Shown here piece after piece: positions 62,130 to 64,000 of a DNA stretch of 64,000 nucleotides. Position 1 is the stretch's first letter. Each line of letters opens with the position of its first letter. The position numbers were made by a program, and so were the translations under genes. The notes under the pieces are model-generated. The model did not search any database. It had not been told where the DNA came from and worked only from the letters and a program-made list of their open reading frames with translations. The DNA is from Eledone cirrhosa (lineage: Eukaryota): positions 328,662,001 through 328,726,000 of the forward strand of contig OZ024741.1 in assembly GCA_964016885.1 (NCBI GenBank). Direction: 5' to 3'.

Positions 62130-62132
<3 letters not shown>
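60729..62132 (+). repeat. ~2.1 x 594-bp non-coding tandem with one HHR per unit and an inverted/hairpin 5' end
   Basis: Unit starts (taactcacgg) at 60867, 61461, 62054; 60780-60867 inverts ~61340-61428; perfect hairpin at 60729-60791. Confidence 0.9.
61207..61296 (+). ncRNA. Type I HHR with U3:A8 core (second copy at 61801-61890)
   Basis: tcctc-TTGATAA-(g/a)tcggca...tgccac-GAAA-ctacgtag-TC-gagga; GUC triplet; palindromic stem III. Confidence 0.75.
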
Positions 62133-62161
<29 letters not shown>

Positions 62162-62575
62162 GTACACACACACATATATATACGTTACTTTTTCCTCGGT
62201 GGGTTTTATTACAGTTTCTTAAAAAAGCATCTAAGGTGAGTGCGATATATATATATATATATCGTAATAAATATCCTGGCATTATACCAATTAAAAATTA
62301 TATAAAAAAATATAATCGAATGAAGAAAATAATATTTTAGATATCATTTTTAGGACAAAATCTCATGTTAAAAGATGGAAGAAAAGAAAAATATTGGTGT
62401 ATGACTATTACTCCTTTATAAATAAAGCACTTGGCATTCATTTAAAGAGAAAAGATTCATTTCCGCAACCATAGATATATTTATGGAATGCGTATGTACC
62501 TATATATGTATGGATGTATATATGTATATATATATGTGCGTGTGTACATGTTTGTCTATGTATGTTTATATGTAC

Positions 62576-62607
<32 letters not shown>

Positions 62608-62704
62608 GAAGATACAAAGCGTACATATAATTAAGTGTATATATGACAGCGGAAGAAACGAAAAACACTTTTCTATATATAGTTCAAGAAGTGTGTGTGT
62701 GTAT

Positions 62705-63312
62705 TATATTATAATAGAATATAAAAGAAAAACGAACACAGACACATATATATATGTAGGTGCTCAAATCGTAAGGGGCCTGATTCGCTGAAGTGAAAAG
62801 AATACTAACTATAGACAATAGGGTTCGCTTGTCTCAATTTAAGAAACAATTAAGAAAATAAATACAAACCGGAATTGTGGTAACTACCAATCACCAAGAC
62901 AACTTGTTGTTGTTTCGCAAAGTTAATTGTGAATAGAAATACCAATCCAAGCTATTTTTAGTAGTGTGGGTTTATGAGACACGCTAGGATGCCATGTGCG
63001 CTATTTTATGTATTTTATATATAGCATACTTAGATGTGTCTAGGATACTAATTCATCACCTACTGATGAGCTTGGATTGGTATTTCTATTCACAATTAAC
63101 ATTGCGAAACAACAACAAGTTGTCTGGGTGATTGGTAGTTACCACAATTCCGGTTTGTATTTATTTTCTTGATTTTTTCTTAAATTGAGACAAGCGAACC
63201 CTATTGTCTATAGTTAGTATTCTTTTCACCTTAGCGAATCAGGTCCCTTACGATTTAAACACATGTATATATATATCTGTGTTCGCTTTTCTTTTATATT
63301 CTATTATAATAT
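62705..63312 (+). mobile_element. Non-coding fold-back (inverted pLTR) element
   Basis: 62705-62954 is the reverse complement of 63069-63312. Confidence 0.85.
63056..63131 (+). ncRNA. Canonical type I HHR
   Basis: tcaccta-CTGATGA-gc...gc-GAAA-caac-aacaa-gttg-TC-tgggtga; 7-bp stem I, looped stem III, GUC triplet. Confidence 0.88.
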
Positions 63313-63957
63313 ACGGCTCAGAAATATCTCTTTTTTAGAGCTATTTTATTGTAAGAGATTATTTTGAGTTCTTAACTCAATATATACCTTTGATATATAT
63401 GTTATATATATATATTTATATATATGCGTGCATATATATTTATGATAATATGCTATAATAAAATATAATATAACATAATTATAATACAATATATATATAT
63501 ATGTGGATTTGTGTACATGTATCACTATTACGTACCTTTTTATCAACATGTGGACAAATCTGATATTCTGATATTATTGAGAAACAGTTTTTTTGTGTTC
63601 GTTATTGTTTTTCATTGTGAGAGTAGGTTAAATATTGACTGAGGTTATTTTAAATAAATGTATCAGATTGTTTATTTTGGGAGGGAATAACGAGACTAAA
63701 TTAGAATTTCCTTTGGGAGAGGACCAGAAAATCTGTCAGATTAATTCAAATATTAAGATTAATTGTAGAAATTTGTTGAAATATAATAACGCATCAAATG
63801 GCTATCAGTGTTTTTTTTTTCTGTCAAATATCTTTAAAGGGATTTATATGTTGTTTTATTTGTCTGTATATATATATATACACACAAATAAAACAACATA
63901 TATATATGCATATATACCATATATATCATATATACATATATATATATATGCATATAT

Positions 63958-64000
<43 letters not shown>

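Overview
AT-rich animal (eukaryotic) genomic DNA with no recognisable host gene. The (TA)n/(CA)n/(GA)n density and the SINE types suggest an octopus or other cephalopod, which is an inference. Almost all ORFs in the track are microsatellite noise. The real content is mobile DNA: several families of Penelope-like retroelements (PLEs, with RT and GIY-YIG remnants, including Naiad-type copies and one near-complete element with a 1.4-1.7 kb inverted end), a 5'-truncated RTE LINE, Helitrons, tRNA/Meta-domain SINE clusters and MITEs. The main discovery is a dense set of type I hammerhead ribozyme (HHR) motifs, read by eye: about 25 copies in about 9 sequence families, several with non-canonical cores. 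These include a 7.5 x 466-bp essentially identical tandem array with one minimal HHR per unit (retrozyme-like, predicting a 466-nt circular RNA), a 594-bp tandem with a U3:A8 core-variant HHR, and many non-coding fold-back elements inserted into (TA)n. Ribozyme activity is predicted from motif and pairing only.
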